Below are positions 47,726-60,470 of a stretch of 64,000 nucleotides of DNA, one piece after another (position 1 is the first letter of the stretch; every line of letters starts with the position of its first letter). Both the position numbers and the translations under genes were made by a program. Source of the stretch: Ramazzottius varieornatus. Lineage: Eukaryota; Animalia; Tardigrada. The DNA lies in NCBI GenBank assembly GCA_001949185.1, contig BDGG01000009.1, positions 547,624 through 611,623 on the forward strand, in the 5' to 3' direction. Below the pieces are notes generated by a model that was given only the letters and a program-made list of their open reading frames with translations, did no database searches and was not told the DNA's origin.

Positions 47726-50700
47726 CTACAAAGTATGAGAAACAGTAGAATTTTCAAAACAAATGGTTTGATTCATTGAAAGACATTCCGCGCTTCGCGT
47801 CCGGCTGTAGGACAGGTAGAATATCGTACCTAGAAGAAGGAAAGTCAGATCAGAAAACGTTTTCGATAAACTCATTTTCGAAAAACGCCGTTTGGATTTT
47901 GGAAGCTCGGCAAACCAACTCGACCAGATCGCTTTCCCAAGTGGCGCACGTTCTCAGTAGTATTGGCTGGAAGCGTCCGCCGCCTGGGGAAATGATCTGA
48001 TCGGGTCTGTTTTGCCGCCTCCCCACTTACCAATCGAGGTCCATACTGTCCACCTAATCCACGCTTCAGTATCCACCGAAAACAACATTACACACAGCCC
48101 CATCACGGCGAGGATTTGAATGAAGGGTACGCCGCCGGCCGCGTACACCTGCTCCTTATGGGTCGTGGGTGCGCGCGAAATATACAACGCCCCACAGAAG
48201 TTCAGGAAAACACATAACAGGCAGAACGTCAAGATGACCCATCCGAAGGGATCTTGCATGGACTTCCACCCGAACCTCGTAAGTGCAGCAAAGATCAAAG
48301 ACATGACCAATGTGGAATATAACGTCCGTAAAACTCTATGGTATGATTGCAGGTCTGGAAGCAGGCCTTCATCGCTGGTGTCAGGTGAGTCTTCGGCCGC
48401 TTCCGGTTCGTTGCTTCTGCAACGTTGGGTGGAATATTCAGTCGACGTGGCTTTGTCTTGCGTTAGCAATATTGCAGTTTCGGTCTTTTGTACGGTGGGG
48501 TTGATGGAATGTGAGACTTGAGAGTTCGCTGTGGAATAGCTGGCTTGCGAGATGCAGGAACTCGCTTGGGAAAGCACGAAACTCTCCGCGGAGACGGTTT
48601 TCCGTAGCGGGTTTCCCTTCTCCAAGCCGATTTGGCAAGGATCGTATCGGATGACAACCACGGCAAGACAGGTCGCCGCAAAGCTAACGAGTATGTCTAT
48701 GGAGACTTGAGTCAACAGGTGTTGGAACGGAATGAATAAGGCAAGCACAGCTGATATTCCCACAACGAAGAACCTAGAAGAAACCATAAACCAGATCAAC
48801 TTGGAGGCCGGCAGACAAAATTTCCAGTACGAGTGGCGCACGTTTCTGGCCAAAAGCACTGAAAATTTGCGCCGCCTGGTAGAAGGATGATGACGAGGGT
48901 TTTCCAAGTGGCGCACGCTCTCGGTAATTAAAACCGAATCCATGCGGCATTTGAAACAACAATATTCTTCGCTCCGTTTGATGCCGAATCCCAGTTTGAT
49001 TTGTGTTTTCTCTGAATTTTAGAGCTCACCTGCAAAGCCAAGGGGAGCCCCGGTCGTAGTGCCAGATGGCCAGTCTATGCGGGAGTAGTTTGTCGCGAAC
49101 CATGGCGTACAATAGCCGCTCCGCATGGTGTAGCTGGACGATTATGGCGAGAGTAAGTCCGGACGTACAGCCGATCCCAATAAGATATTTAGAGTTCTTT
49201 ACTCGTAGGTCCTCGAACAAGTCCAAGAGCGGTGCATGGAGGGACAGATTGGCGGCTGGCGTGGTCAGCGTTACCAGCCCGGACATCATGAAAAGCAGGA
49301 CGAAGGAAACGACCGCCACCATAGTATGAGCAATGGGTATATTCCGACTGGGTTTCCGCACTTCCTCACCGGCCATCGAGATTGCGGAAATTCCGGAAAA
49401 GGATGGCATCAAAGTCGCTGCTCCCGCAACAATCTGCGCACAAAATTAAGTTTAAAATTTTAATTCTAAGTGATGTAAGAGTTCGGTAAGAAATTTGGTA
49501 GAATCCTTTCTCCAAGTGGCGCGCTCATCCACTGAACACGTGCGCCACTTGGGAAACTCCGCAAGGTCGTTTTCCACAAGGCGCACTCATTCAGCTAGGC
49601 GCACTGAGAACGTGCGCTAATTGGAAAAGCAATCTTATCAAGTATGTTTGCCGCGCTCCGTGATAGGCATTGACTCACTCCGTCTATTCCTGACTGGAAG
49701 AAAGTCTCATCACTGCCCCAGTTTTCCGCTTTCACGTGGAATAACGACAGGAACACCACTGTGAAAAGTACATTCAGTTGAAGAAATACGACGCGGAAGT
49801 AAGTGCTGTTTTGACTTACTGGCAATAATGATGAGCATGTGAAGAACAAAAAGGCAAACAACAATGGTCAAGGAGAGCTGTCAATAGAATTTCGGATAAT
49901 TCCAATAGCTGACGATACATCTTCGGTGGTGCAAGTTGCCTTACGTTTTTGCAGCGACAAACTGCGGCCCCGCAAAGCAAGAGGCTGAAACAAGCGACGA
50001 TGTCTGGTGCGAAGCTTTGGTCCCAAGGGAACACTCCGAGGTCCTTCCTCATCCAGCTATCTAGTCTTCCACCTGACAGGACGTCCAAGTGATGTGTCAG
50101 CGTCTGCGCCGTCAAAGCCAGTGTGATGAACGACGCCAAAAGATCGTTCCATCCGATCAGGAAAGCCACAAACTCGCCGAAGACGGAGTACGCGAAAAGA
50201 TACGAAGCTCCCATCAAGGGAACTCTGCACGATAACTCCGAATAACAGGACGCTAGAAAATCGATTCAGTTGATAGATTTACCCAGTAATTTAGCCGGAA
50301 TAACTTCCACTTCAAGAATACACTTTTCTAACCTCAGACGTCGGTATTTGATTCCACCCCAATGGTTAGATCAAGCGGCGCACGTTTGCATCGTAATGTG
50401 CTGAGAGCGTGCGCCACTTGGGGAAACAATTTGGGTGGATCCATATGCCTCCCTCTTAACCCATGAATATTTGAAGCTGCTTTTTGTCTGCAGGACTTAC
50501 CGACGATCCATGCTATAAGACCTACAATTAAGGCGGACAAGACTATAGCAGGACCGCTATGAACTCTTGCTGCAGTAGAAATAAAGACGTAAATTCCGAT
50601 CGCATTCCCACTTCCGAGACCTGAAAGCAACGAAGAAGAAAAATATTGTAAGTGAAAAACCCCTACGGTAAGTATTCATTTGGGTGTGGCAGCTGGGAAC

Positions 50701-51048
50701 GATTTATGGGACCATCTGTCAGTGTAGCAAATCGTTAGCAATCCACCGCGGGCTTTTTTTCCCCAAGCCTAAGCGATGATCGACCGCCTACTAGTTGCCA
50801 GTTTTTCTACCATAGTCCCATCATGTTAATGCGGAAGTGTATGATGATTCCAGTATAGCGTGATAGGTCGAATATTCTGATTATCACTGTTCTTACGATA
50901 CTGACACTGTAACTCAGGAGTGTCTGTTACCTTGAACCAACAGGTGGAGTAGACTCTTGTAACGTGGGACATCCCGATACCGAAAATACTCGAAATTCAA
51001 GGTCTTCACACGAAGAATTTGCCGTATAAACCGACGCACAGATTCCAT
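47726..51048 (-). CDS. SLC7 cationic amino acid transporter-like (APC superfamily), multi-exon
   Basis: GIYVF, GPAIVLS, YSELSCRVP..GASYLFAY..GEFVAFLIGW, GEEVRKPSRNIP, RLLYAMVRDKLLP, C-terminal VPFI..WIRW. Confidence 0.88.
47901..48024. repeat. Palindromic element monomer abutting the SLC7 last-intron donor
   Basis: full arms and core. Confidence 0.85.
48802..48992. repeat. Palindromic element dimer, SLC7 intron
   Basis: two cores. Confidence 0.82.
49478..49660. repeat. Palindromic element dimer (shortened spacers), SLC7 intron
   Basis: two cores. Confidence 0.78.
50355..50452. repeat. Palindromic element monomer, SLC7 intron
   Basis: GCGGCGCAC-N25-GTGCGCCACTT. Confidence 0.82.
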
Positions 51049-51849
51049 GACGAGAAAAAAACGTAAGGTAGATCGCAGAGTAGTTTACTGATGAAACAGA
51101 TTACCGCTTGACCACTAGGGTGAATTTTCAAAATCTAAAAGTATCTACGGTAATTTGTCAGATGGGGAGAAATTTGGAAAGAAAAACAGAAAGTGAGAAC
51201 TCAGAGAAAGTAGGATTTTTATTGCCGACTGGATGTACGGCGTAGTGGGAGAGGATGCTCAGGAAAGAGTACTTGATGGCAATTACGAACCACAAGGAAC
51301 GCTAGGAAGTACGGCGATTGAAAAGTTGAAGTTGGTGTATTGTGGAATGCAAATTAGACAGGAAAGAGGATGAATGGGGAGATAGGCTTCACACTTGATG
51401 CTGGTCCCCCACTTCCCTCTGCTGCAAGCCAGCATCGATTGTACTTGTGGAGTTTGGAATTAGAGTGATTGACGGATGATTGCATCTGATCCGGGCGTCC
51501 AATAGCCGGATTGATGAGAAGACACTAGAGAGCTTGATCGCCAAGTAATCAGACATACATTTTTGACGAAGCAAAAGAGACAAGGCATACAAGGACTACA
51601 GGCTGGGTCGCGCCGGCTGGTCCTGACACTGAATTGCTTGATAGTTGCCTGATGACACAACACTTGTAAACTCATCAGTACTCTTTACAGAACGCATCTC
51701 CTTCGAATATAACTACAACCAAATTACTCCATGCGACCCTTTGTGACCGGAAGTCATCGTGTCACTCCCAGAACGTGGGATTTCTTAGGAGCGAACCAAA
51801 CTCTCACCAAAAATCCGAGAATAAAACGAAGTGGAAATGGATGCCGACA

Positions 51850-52040
51850 GATGAGTTCGCCCGGATCGTTTTTCCCAAGTCGCGCATGCTCTCAGCGCTA
51901 TTGGCTGAAGGTGTACACCACGTGGGAAAACAATCAAACTCGACAAGATGGTTTTCCCAAGCGGCACACGCACACAGTCAATGACAATGGAAACGTGCGC
52001 CACGTGAGACAACGGGTGTAATCATTTGCCGACATCTCAA
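51850..52040. repeat. Palindromic element dimer
   Basis: two cores. Confidence 0.8.
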
Positions 52041-52499
52041 ATGTGCCAAGACGATTCAGTTCCTTGTATGGGAGCAATTCTGTCATGTCTAGCTTTTCCT
52101 TTTATGAACGTCGCTCGAACTGGAGATCCGAGAGCTCCTACAGAAAGATGAAGCAGTCTGGAGGAACAGCGCTGTTTTCATCGGTCCAGGTTCCGCGTTG
52201 TTATTCTCTCTGAGCTTCGGAATAAGTAATAGCTGTCGTCTTGTTCCGTTAAATCCCATGCTTCCCACTGAGATAATATCGGGGAAAACTAGTAACAAAG
52301 TCAAGCTGACATTTATGATCAGCAATAATCGGTTTATCCAGATAGCTTCATTACAGTCGGACCATGCCCTCCTGGGAGCCACGCTACTCTCCGGAGAAGT
52401 TAAAGTGAATCACATTTGATCAATCGTGTATCGCATGAAAGAAGTAATAATTTTTTCCGCTAGCAAGTCAAAAGACTTCGGCGTTGAAGTTGTCAGCTC

Positions 52500-55400
52500 C
52501 GAGGTCATCTTAACCCCAACACTTTCTCGCTAATTACACATATTCTCCAGTGTCAAAAACTCGGACCGAAATTATTTGTTGAAAAATCAACCTGTTCAAA
52601 ATGAAAATTCAGTGTATTATTTTCCTTTCGTTCGAGAAGGATACTCGTTTTGTAGGAAGGGAGCCGCCTTTCAAAGTGTCCAAGTACGTTTTTACGGCGC
52701 ATGTGAAGACGCGGGCGACCCGATCGCTTGCAAACAGGCGGAACTGGCAATTATGGTGTGCGTCATGTAAGGCGTAATAATGCATTCCGGGAGTGATTTC
52801 GTGGTGAGATGTGTGGAAGGTCCCGGGCTCCGATTCAAACTGCACTGTGTGAAGGTGGAACTTGGTATGCCGAAGACTCTGACGTTTCTGCAAAATCCAA
52901 GGACTTGTTTCCTTTTGTGGTATCATTTTAATATTTTCGGATCCACTTATGTTGAACAGTTTCTAAACCGAACTCTGAATTGTTTTAATGCCGAAGTTAT
53001 AATTATGGGAGCTCGGCAAAAAAAAACAATTGTTCTCCCAAGTGGCGCTTGTTTAGAGTGTTATTAGAGGAAAGCGTGCGCCACTTGGATAAGCTCGACA
53101 AGATTGTTTCCCAAAGTGGCGCACGTCTAAGTGTATTGACTGGAAGCATGCGCCACTTGGAACGAACGGATCTGTCGACTTGGTTTGCCAAGCTCCCATA
53201 TGGCTTTTTTCAGCGAACCGCGAGAATTCATCAGCTAAGTAGTCCGCACGATTTTGTTCCAATGGGCAACGCGCACTGTATCCGGACGGAACATTTCCAA
53301 ACGGGATGGTTTCCAGTACATATTTTCCCTGGCTTCCAGCCAGACCGAGAAAGGACGGTCAGCGGCGCAGAGTTCCCTAATTACGGCACTGGTGGCGGAA
53401 ACTTGCTCCACCACGGCAGTCGAGACGTTTTTCTTGGTTGAGCGATCTCCGCGGATGAGGGTATTCAGTCTGTGCCTGATTGAATGCGGACGTGGTTCCT
53501 CCAAATCATGGTGATGAAGACTTGAGTGTCCATGCGGTGGGGCGTGAGAAACAGCCGTCGTATTAAAATAGTCATGCTCCGATGCCACCCTTTCTTTCCC
53601 CGAGGAAGGCGTATGCCGAAGTATTAGCCCAGCTACCGAGGTTATTCCAGATGAGTTCAAATGTGGCGGCACCGCCGGAAATACCGAGCTTTCAGTGTGC
53701 CCCAGCGCTGCATCGTACGCACAACCTCCCGCCACTATGGACGACCTCCACGTTTCTTGTGAGACTGCACTGTGGGCTGTGAAAGGAATGGCATCGGAGT
53801 CGGACACCGTAACTACATTTGAAGTCGTACTAATGTTGTCCGTCGGGAAACATGAAGAAACTTCCTCGCTCAGATCAAACAACATATTCACATGAGCAGC
53901 TGCCGAAATCAAGAAATCATTTTCTCGGGCAAGTTCAGTCACAGAGTTCGTAGCATCACCCGAATAGTTCTTGCCCGATAATTTAGGATGGGCAGCGATA
54001 TAACGATTCGCTTCCTCACTGAGGTCGGACTGTCGGGTTCCCGGTTCGATGCCTTGATTATATTCAGAATCAACCGACGGCCGAACGCTGAACTTTGTGA
54101 AGAACTTGTGAAGACTCTCCGTCAGTTTTCGCTTTGTCGCCGGCATATCTGCAATGATGATTGATGGTAGGTTGTCCAAAGTCACAGGCGCCAATATCAG
54201 ATTTTCTCTTCGGCATCTACGTTGTCGTATTCGATGAGCGGAACTGAAGTCAGTTTGTATGTTGTCAAGGAAGTAGAAAGGAAGAAGTTGCGAGATGGAT
54301 GTTCAGTATTTTCGTCTTCCAGAGCAAGCAACGTCAGCGTTCCATCGGCGAATATACATAGTTCACTCTTGACCACGTCCGGTTGAACCAGCTCAACATT
54401 AGTTCGAAGAACCAGCCCGTTCGGTACTTCCCGGTCGCTTTGAGACAGATACTGCGCAATGGTGTATTCGTCCAGCAAGGCTTCGGAGCTCACCAGAAAT
54501 ATCGTCCAGAACTCATCCGAACCCGCTGAACTTTCCTCTGAAGCGTCAAAATTTTCCACCCCCTCCTCCGTGTCAGCTGAATGGAAGAAACCCTTCACTA
54601 GACTTCCTTCGAGGGGATAATCGAAAGTTTCCTTCAGCTTGGTTGTCTGCCAGTCTCCTGTGGAATACGCACGTGTACAGCCCAGTTGGAGAATCATTCC
54701 TGTAACTATTGGAAAAAAGTACGCGAACAGTTTTTTCTACAAACCTTTTACCAAACGCTTCCGGCTGACAAAGTCCAGAGATTATACTGGCTGTGACATT
54801 ATCCAACCTTTGCTGGTATTTTCCACACAATTTCACCGCACCGTAGGCCAGCCCAGAAAGACCCGAGAACCATCTGACGAAAGTGAAGATATGCGAGGCC
54901 CATAAGAGTCCCAGGGCCAACCTGATGTCTAACTGCAACGGCAAAAATCTTGCTATACAACATCCCACACCAGTTACACCACATTTGAGAGACCGGCAAA
55001 CGAAACGTTCAAGACTGCCCTCTCAAGTGGCGCGCGTTCCCGTTCTTTAAAGCCAGAGAATTGCGCTACTTGACACACAACAAGATATAGTCAAGTGAGA
55101 CTGCTTTCCCAAGTGGCGCACTTGTCCTTTCTTGTCGGCTGAAAGTGTGCGCCACGTGAAAAAACATCTTGGACGTTTCGTTTGCCGGCCTGCCATTGAA
55201 AACCGGCGAAGAATGTTGTTTCCTTACCGTCATGTGCTTACAGGAAGAATATCATTGATGGACAGGTGAAGACGGAACGACCAGCAGACTGCCGTTAAAG
55301 ATAGTAATGCAGCCGTGACGAACCCCACTTTGATCCCTACATCTTCAAAAGGGTCTAATTCCGTCATCCATTTCCAGCCCTTGAGAAAATCGAAAAAGAT

Positions 55401-55619
55401 TCCCAGTAACAAAATTCCACCCTTTATTGTCACGTAGTTTGTGAACCGATCGTCCAATTCAGCGAAACGATCGCACATGGCGTCGAAGGAGGATCTGAGG
55501 GAGAAAATCTTCTCCCATGGTAGATGAGCCCACGGCCTGGTGAAAGTCGTACCGGATAGTCCATACGATAAGAGATTCCTGGAGTGCCCATCTTTCGAGT
55601 TCTTCGGCGATCGGCCCAT
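52500..55619 (-). CDS. Uncharacterised protein with N-terminal TM segments; apparent frameshift at ~54202-54205; 3' end uncertain
   Basis: Chain of coding-like ORFs 55619-55240, 54975-54725, 54705-54197, 54194-53250, 52890-52685 separated by element-containing or short introns. Confidence 0.55.
53007..53197. repeat. Palindromic element dimer, intron
   Basis: AT|GGGAGCTCGGCAAA...TTTGCCAAGCTCCC|AT. Confidence 0.9.
54988..55195. repeat. Palindromic element dimer, intron
   Basis: two cores. Confidence 0.83.
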
Positions 55620-55934
55620 TGCCGAGCTAATTTAGATTAGTTCTGCCGGTTAAGATATTTCCCTTTTTCGTTTATTCTAGCGGAGAGAGAACAGTGACAA
55701 TAAACACAGAAGTCTGCAAAAAATACAGCGAGATGTCAAAGGCGAAGTTGCCATGAAAATAACGACAACAAAAAATTTAGTAGACCAAAAACTATAACCA
55801 AAAAAAAGCCAAGCAGTAACTGGTTAAATTAATCACAGATATAAAACTGATTTTTATACTGTAGGCAGAAGGGAGACTTTTTGGCTGTGGTAGAAGAAGA
55901 AGATTCTTGGAGCAATTTCTACAGCGAAGTGTCT

Positions 55935-58900
55935 TCAGAACACTCGAATGTCTCGTCGAGGTACGGCGAAGAGGTCGTCCTGGAAAACAACATAACTTGA
56001 CATTGCGAACAACAAAGCAGAAGAGAACACGAGAACTCAGGTCGTCAGGTCGAGCGGATTTGTTACTTACGTCAAGGGTAAAAAGGATCATAAAGTTGAA
56101 GAACATACTACAGGCCGACATCAAATGCCATACATCGTGTTGATCGTAGAACTCCAGAAAAAAACAACTCTCATTTCCTTCTCTGCTAACAGCTGGTGTA
56201 CTTAGCCAGTTCGTTAGCCTGAAAAAAAACCACAAAACCCATCAAGGTCTGTACTGCACATATCCTACTTTCCATATGGTCCGAAAACGTGTTTTGCTTG
56301 GGACGGAATCGTAGTTGGAAGTTTCTTTTTGCATACCTGAACAAGAAGAAGTATATGGCTCCGGCCCAAGTGGCGCCAGCCAGAGCCATGAAAAACTGGG
56401 AAGTTTTCGAGATCCTTTCTCCAGACCGCACCTTCATAAAAGTGTAGAACAGGAAGTACAGGAAAGCATTAGCCAGCACAACCACCAACAAGAACGTGGA
56501 AAAGTCAGTGGGGACAAAAATGGCGCCTCCTAGAGCCATGATCCAGTTGACGGCGTAGATTAGAATTAGCAGACTGAACCTGTCAGTCGCCGTGGGCCTC
56601 TCACAACCCATTCCTTCACCCGCTCTACATGTGATCACTCTCCACGCTCGCCTTAGCACGCCTAAAAACCGATTAAAAAATTAGAGGAAAATAAAAATCG
56701 CGGATGAAAGCTCAGCAAACCAACTCGATAGGCTTGTTCTTCCAAGTGACGCACAGTCTCCGTGTAACTAGCTGAACGGGTGCGCCACATGCGAATCTGG
56801 GCGAGTTTTCCAAGTGGCGCAAGCGTTCAGCGTTCAACCCTTGAACATTGCGTCACTTGAGAAAAAATTCTCGTCAAGTCGTCAAAGCGAGCTCTCAAAT
56901 CATCTACGAGATGAAATGGCAAATTTTTTTACCTAAGTCGAACTTCCAAGATCCCATGTAGTAGACTTGAATGCCGATCGGAATGGACGCGATGATTAAG
57001 ATGACGGCGAAGGTCCACCAGAACCAGTCTTTGCCAATGACGACACCAAGAACTGCGATGAAGATCCACAAGGCGAAAACAGCATACGCCATCTGCGCGT
57101 TTGGACTGATGTCGGCATGTCTGGACTGGTACACCTTTAGGAGGAAAAGACCACCCAAAAGGTACATGAAGGCTGTGTCGAACTGGAAGTTCATCAGGTT
57201 GGGACACACCTGGAAAAATGAAACCTCAAACCTTTCCTCAATCTTCTTTAATACGAAGAAGCAGGTCTTACGTGGTAACATGCCGACATGATACCTTCCA
57301 TGATCAAGGAGAAGCCCATGGCGTAGAAAAGGCCATACTGCGGCGGTAAACCCACAACTTGAAGATCGTCATCCTCTTCCACGACTGCTTCGTGCTTGAA
57401 ATGTGCATTCTGTCGTTTCCTGACGATCAGTACGAACAACATCCCGAGTAGGACGTAACCGATGTTGCTGTAGACGTGGTTGAAATCCTTGATCGGACCT
57501 ACGACATAACAGAATATCGTCCAGTCAGTCATGTGAAATAACGTACAGCACGACATGACAACATTACGTAACATCGTGACAAACGAGAATAGAGAGGCTT
57601 GACTGTAATGTTAGTATGTCATAACAGATACAAGACATGTTATATGACTTATGTCATTTGACATAACATGACATGATTGTACATAAAGTTACTCACCGAG
57701 CGGATGGGCGCATTTGAAGTTGTACCAGCACATATCCATGTTTCCGGAGTTCTCCATGAACTTCTGATAGGTTATTACCAGTTGAATAACCGGTAAAGCG
57801 TAGAAGATGGCGATGATCAGCAGCGTCCAGTTGTACGCTCGATCAGCCTTGAACAGCATGACCATTGGCTTCAGCGAGACTTCCGTCACCATGACCGTGT
57901 CCTTTCCGGCCAGTGAAGCTCGATAGGCGGCCCTTGTTTCCTCTGACTCTTGAATCTCTTGATACGTCGGCATCTCCTGAATCTCTTCCTCCGTCCTGTC
58001 CAGTTTTTCCCCCAGAGTTTCTTCCGTCTTTGGAAATTCGTCCCCGATTTCCACGCCGTCATGCGTGGCTTGCGATTGACTTGTCTGCTCTTTCTTATAC
58101 AGCGCAGCCTTCCCCAGGCCGTCTCTCAACGATCGCTGACTTGCAGGAGAACCTTTGTCCGACCCTGAAGATCTCTTGTCGCCGGTGGGAGACTTCTTGT
58201 CTGACACTGGCGACTTCTTCCCCGAAGTGGGTGATTTCTTTCCGGCAGTGGGGGACTTCTTCCCAGTTGACGTACTTTCGTGTAGGGGCAGCAAATCTGG
58301 TCGATCGTGGTTCACGGCGAACTCGTACTTGGGCAGACCATCACCATTCGCCAAAGCTCGCTGTTGAAGATCTGAACTGGAAGTCGTTTCTTTGAAGTGA
58401 ACCAACTTGATGTTATTCCCTGAAACAAGAAGAGCACAGATTAACAAACCAGTCTTGACGAATGTTCGCACGGAACTATTTCGAAGCAGGGCTGATGAAT
58501 TTGACCGGATCGTTTTCTCAAGTGGCGCACGCTTGCTGCCGATAACAACGAAACAGTGCGCCGCTTGAAAGGACGATCAGATTCCATCCATCTGTTCAGC
58601 TCCATCTCGCCCTTTTACTACAATCTGTACAGTGAAGTTTTGCGCCGGACACGGCCTTGTGAAGTAAGTGGCTCCGTAGCAAATCGGCAGGAAAAAAGTC
58701 TAATATTTTCTTGCTACGGTACCTACCTTTTTCGACATCGTGGTCGATGTATTCCATTTTGTCTTTGTCTTCGAACTTATCATTTATTTCCGGTTCCTCT
58801 TTGGTGGGACTTTGTTCGGGGACATTCACCGTTCGTTTGGTCATGAAGCCGAAACAAAGCGCGACACGGAAGATCAGGTAAAAGCAGAAGTAGAACGCCA

Positions 58901-60470
58901 AGACACTCCCTGTCGCCACCGCGTACTGCATGGGCTTCAGCACATTCTCGACAGCCAAGAAGACTTGCTTCTGACGCAGTTCGAACATGCGAGTATCGTT
59001 AAACTCTGAATTGTTCGCGTTGATAGCGGCTTCCAGCTCCTCCAACTCGCGCGTGAGTTGAGGCGTTAGTCCAGCCATCTTATTGCACCTTCGATCGTCG
59101 GACAACGGGACGAGAACTACGTCGAACTTCCCGTTGACAAAGTCTTTCTTTTTCACCTAGAATCAATCAAATTTGTTGCAAGAAGGTCCGCATCGAAACA
59201 AAAACCACACACGACATCTAGGATCTCGGCAAACAAGGCGATCAGATCGTTTCCAAGTGGCGCATGCTTCCAGCCAAAACCACGGAAAAATGCGCCGCAT
59301 GGAAAAAAGTCTGGTCGAGTTTGTTTGCCAAGCTAGGAATTTTGAATTTAAGACTACGTAATGCTTACTAAGATGGCGCCGGAAGTAGTGAAGGTTTGAA
59401 ACTCTCCCTGGGACGTGACTTCGGTCGGAAGAGCACCGACTGGACAGATGGCTGGTTGGACTGACATGACAGTGCAGATCTTCTCTTCTGACGGAGCCCA
59501 AGATCGAACCAGTACTCGGTCGACATCGTCCGGCATTGTGTACTGGAAAAATGCTGGGGCCGATGGCGAGATGCGAAAGTCGATCTGCTTGTTTGTCTGC
59601 AGCATGAAGCCTAAACCGCAACACAAATTTCCAAATATCACAAGATTGCTCCAGAGTGACTCGTAAGCAATACGCATCCACCTCTTCAACACGGCCTACC
59701 TGACACAAACCAAAGGTTGAACGAGTAGTCGACCGGTCGACGCGACTGTGTCGTAATATCTATCGAGATATGCTGCTCCTGCGAGACGGTATCGTTGGAA
59801 TTTTCTGCAAAATCACGCACCAGACTGATGAATCTTCATATTTATGGGGACTAGATCAGCCAGTCAAACAAACTTGACAAGATTGTTTTCCCGAGTGGCG
59901 CGCGACTTCACTGGTATTCTGTAGAAAGCGTGCGCCACTTGCGAACTCGACAAGATCGCTTTCCCAAGTGGTGCGCGCTTGCACTATTGTTGACTGAAAT
60001 CGTGCGCCAGTTGGAAAAACGATCTCGTCAAGTTTGTTTGCCGACTTCCCATATTATAGTATATCCAATTAGATCAGACTCATGCCTCGTAGGAAATCCA
60101 GGTGATCCTGAGCAGGACACAGCGTCCGTCGTACGCGCCAATACTTGTACTTTTTCTCCAGACTCAGCGGCACTTCCCATGATGTGACCGTCTTGGACTC
60201 CCGCACCACCACCATTAGCGGTCTCTTCGGGCTGGCATTTCGGGAATCCACTTGCAGTCGCAGAGCTCTAGTACGGTTCGGGTCAATGGTGTAGTCGAAA
60301 TTGAAGGTGATGCTCGTCTCGAAACTAACTGTCCCGGAATACCATCGATCAAGGGAGGCATTGTACTGCGTAGTCACCACCGTCCGCGAATCTACGGGAT
60401 CGAAGCAGAAGATTCCACATAGAACGAGGAAGACTCCGACGGAGAATGGAAGAAAGCTCCTAGTCGACAT
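55935..60470 (-). CDS. SID-1 transmembrane family (SIDT/ChUP) protein, multi-exon
   Basis: Signal peptide, PLMVVVRE..SWEVPL, FYALPVIQLV, CWYNFKCAHP, FNHVYSNIGY, MEGIMSACYHVCPN..NFQFDTAFMY, FYDQHDVWH, terminal DDL..RRDIRVF*. Confidence 0.95.
56707..56895. repeat. Palindromic element dimer, SID-1 intron
   Basis: two cores. Confidence 0.83.
58150..58270 (-). repeat. Coding 21-nt tandem repeat giving (T/S)xxKKSP heptads in the SID-1 cytosolic loop
   Basis: TGKKSP TAGKKSP TSGKKSP VSDKKSP TGDKRSS GSDKGSP. Confidence 0.85.
58485..58603. repeat. Palindromic element monomer, SID-1 intron
   Basis: AAGTGGCGCAC..GTGCGCCGCTT. Confidence 0.82.
59221..59334. repeat. Palindromic element monomer, SID-1 intron
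   Basis: full arms and core. Confidence 0.85.
59846..60050. repeat. Palindromic element dimer, SID-1 intron
   Basis: AT|GGGG...TTCCC|AT, two cores. Confidence 0.85.

Noticed and set aside
57525-57680. CATGAC/GTCATG-rich stretch in a SID-1 intron
   Set aside because: Probably a repeat fragment, but no clear unit, termini or TSD.
55935-60470. Functional link between the SID-1 gene and the hairpin elements
   Set aside because: The elements are equally common in unrelated genes, so proximity carries no information; many SIDT proteins may act on lipids rather than dsRNA.
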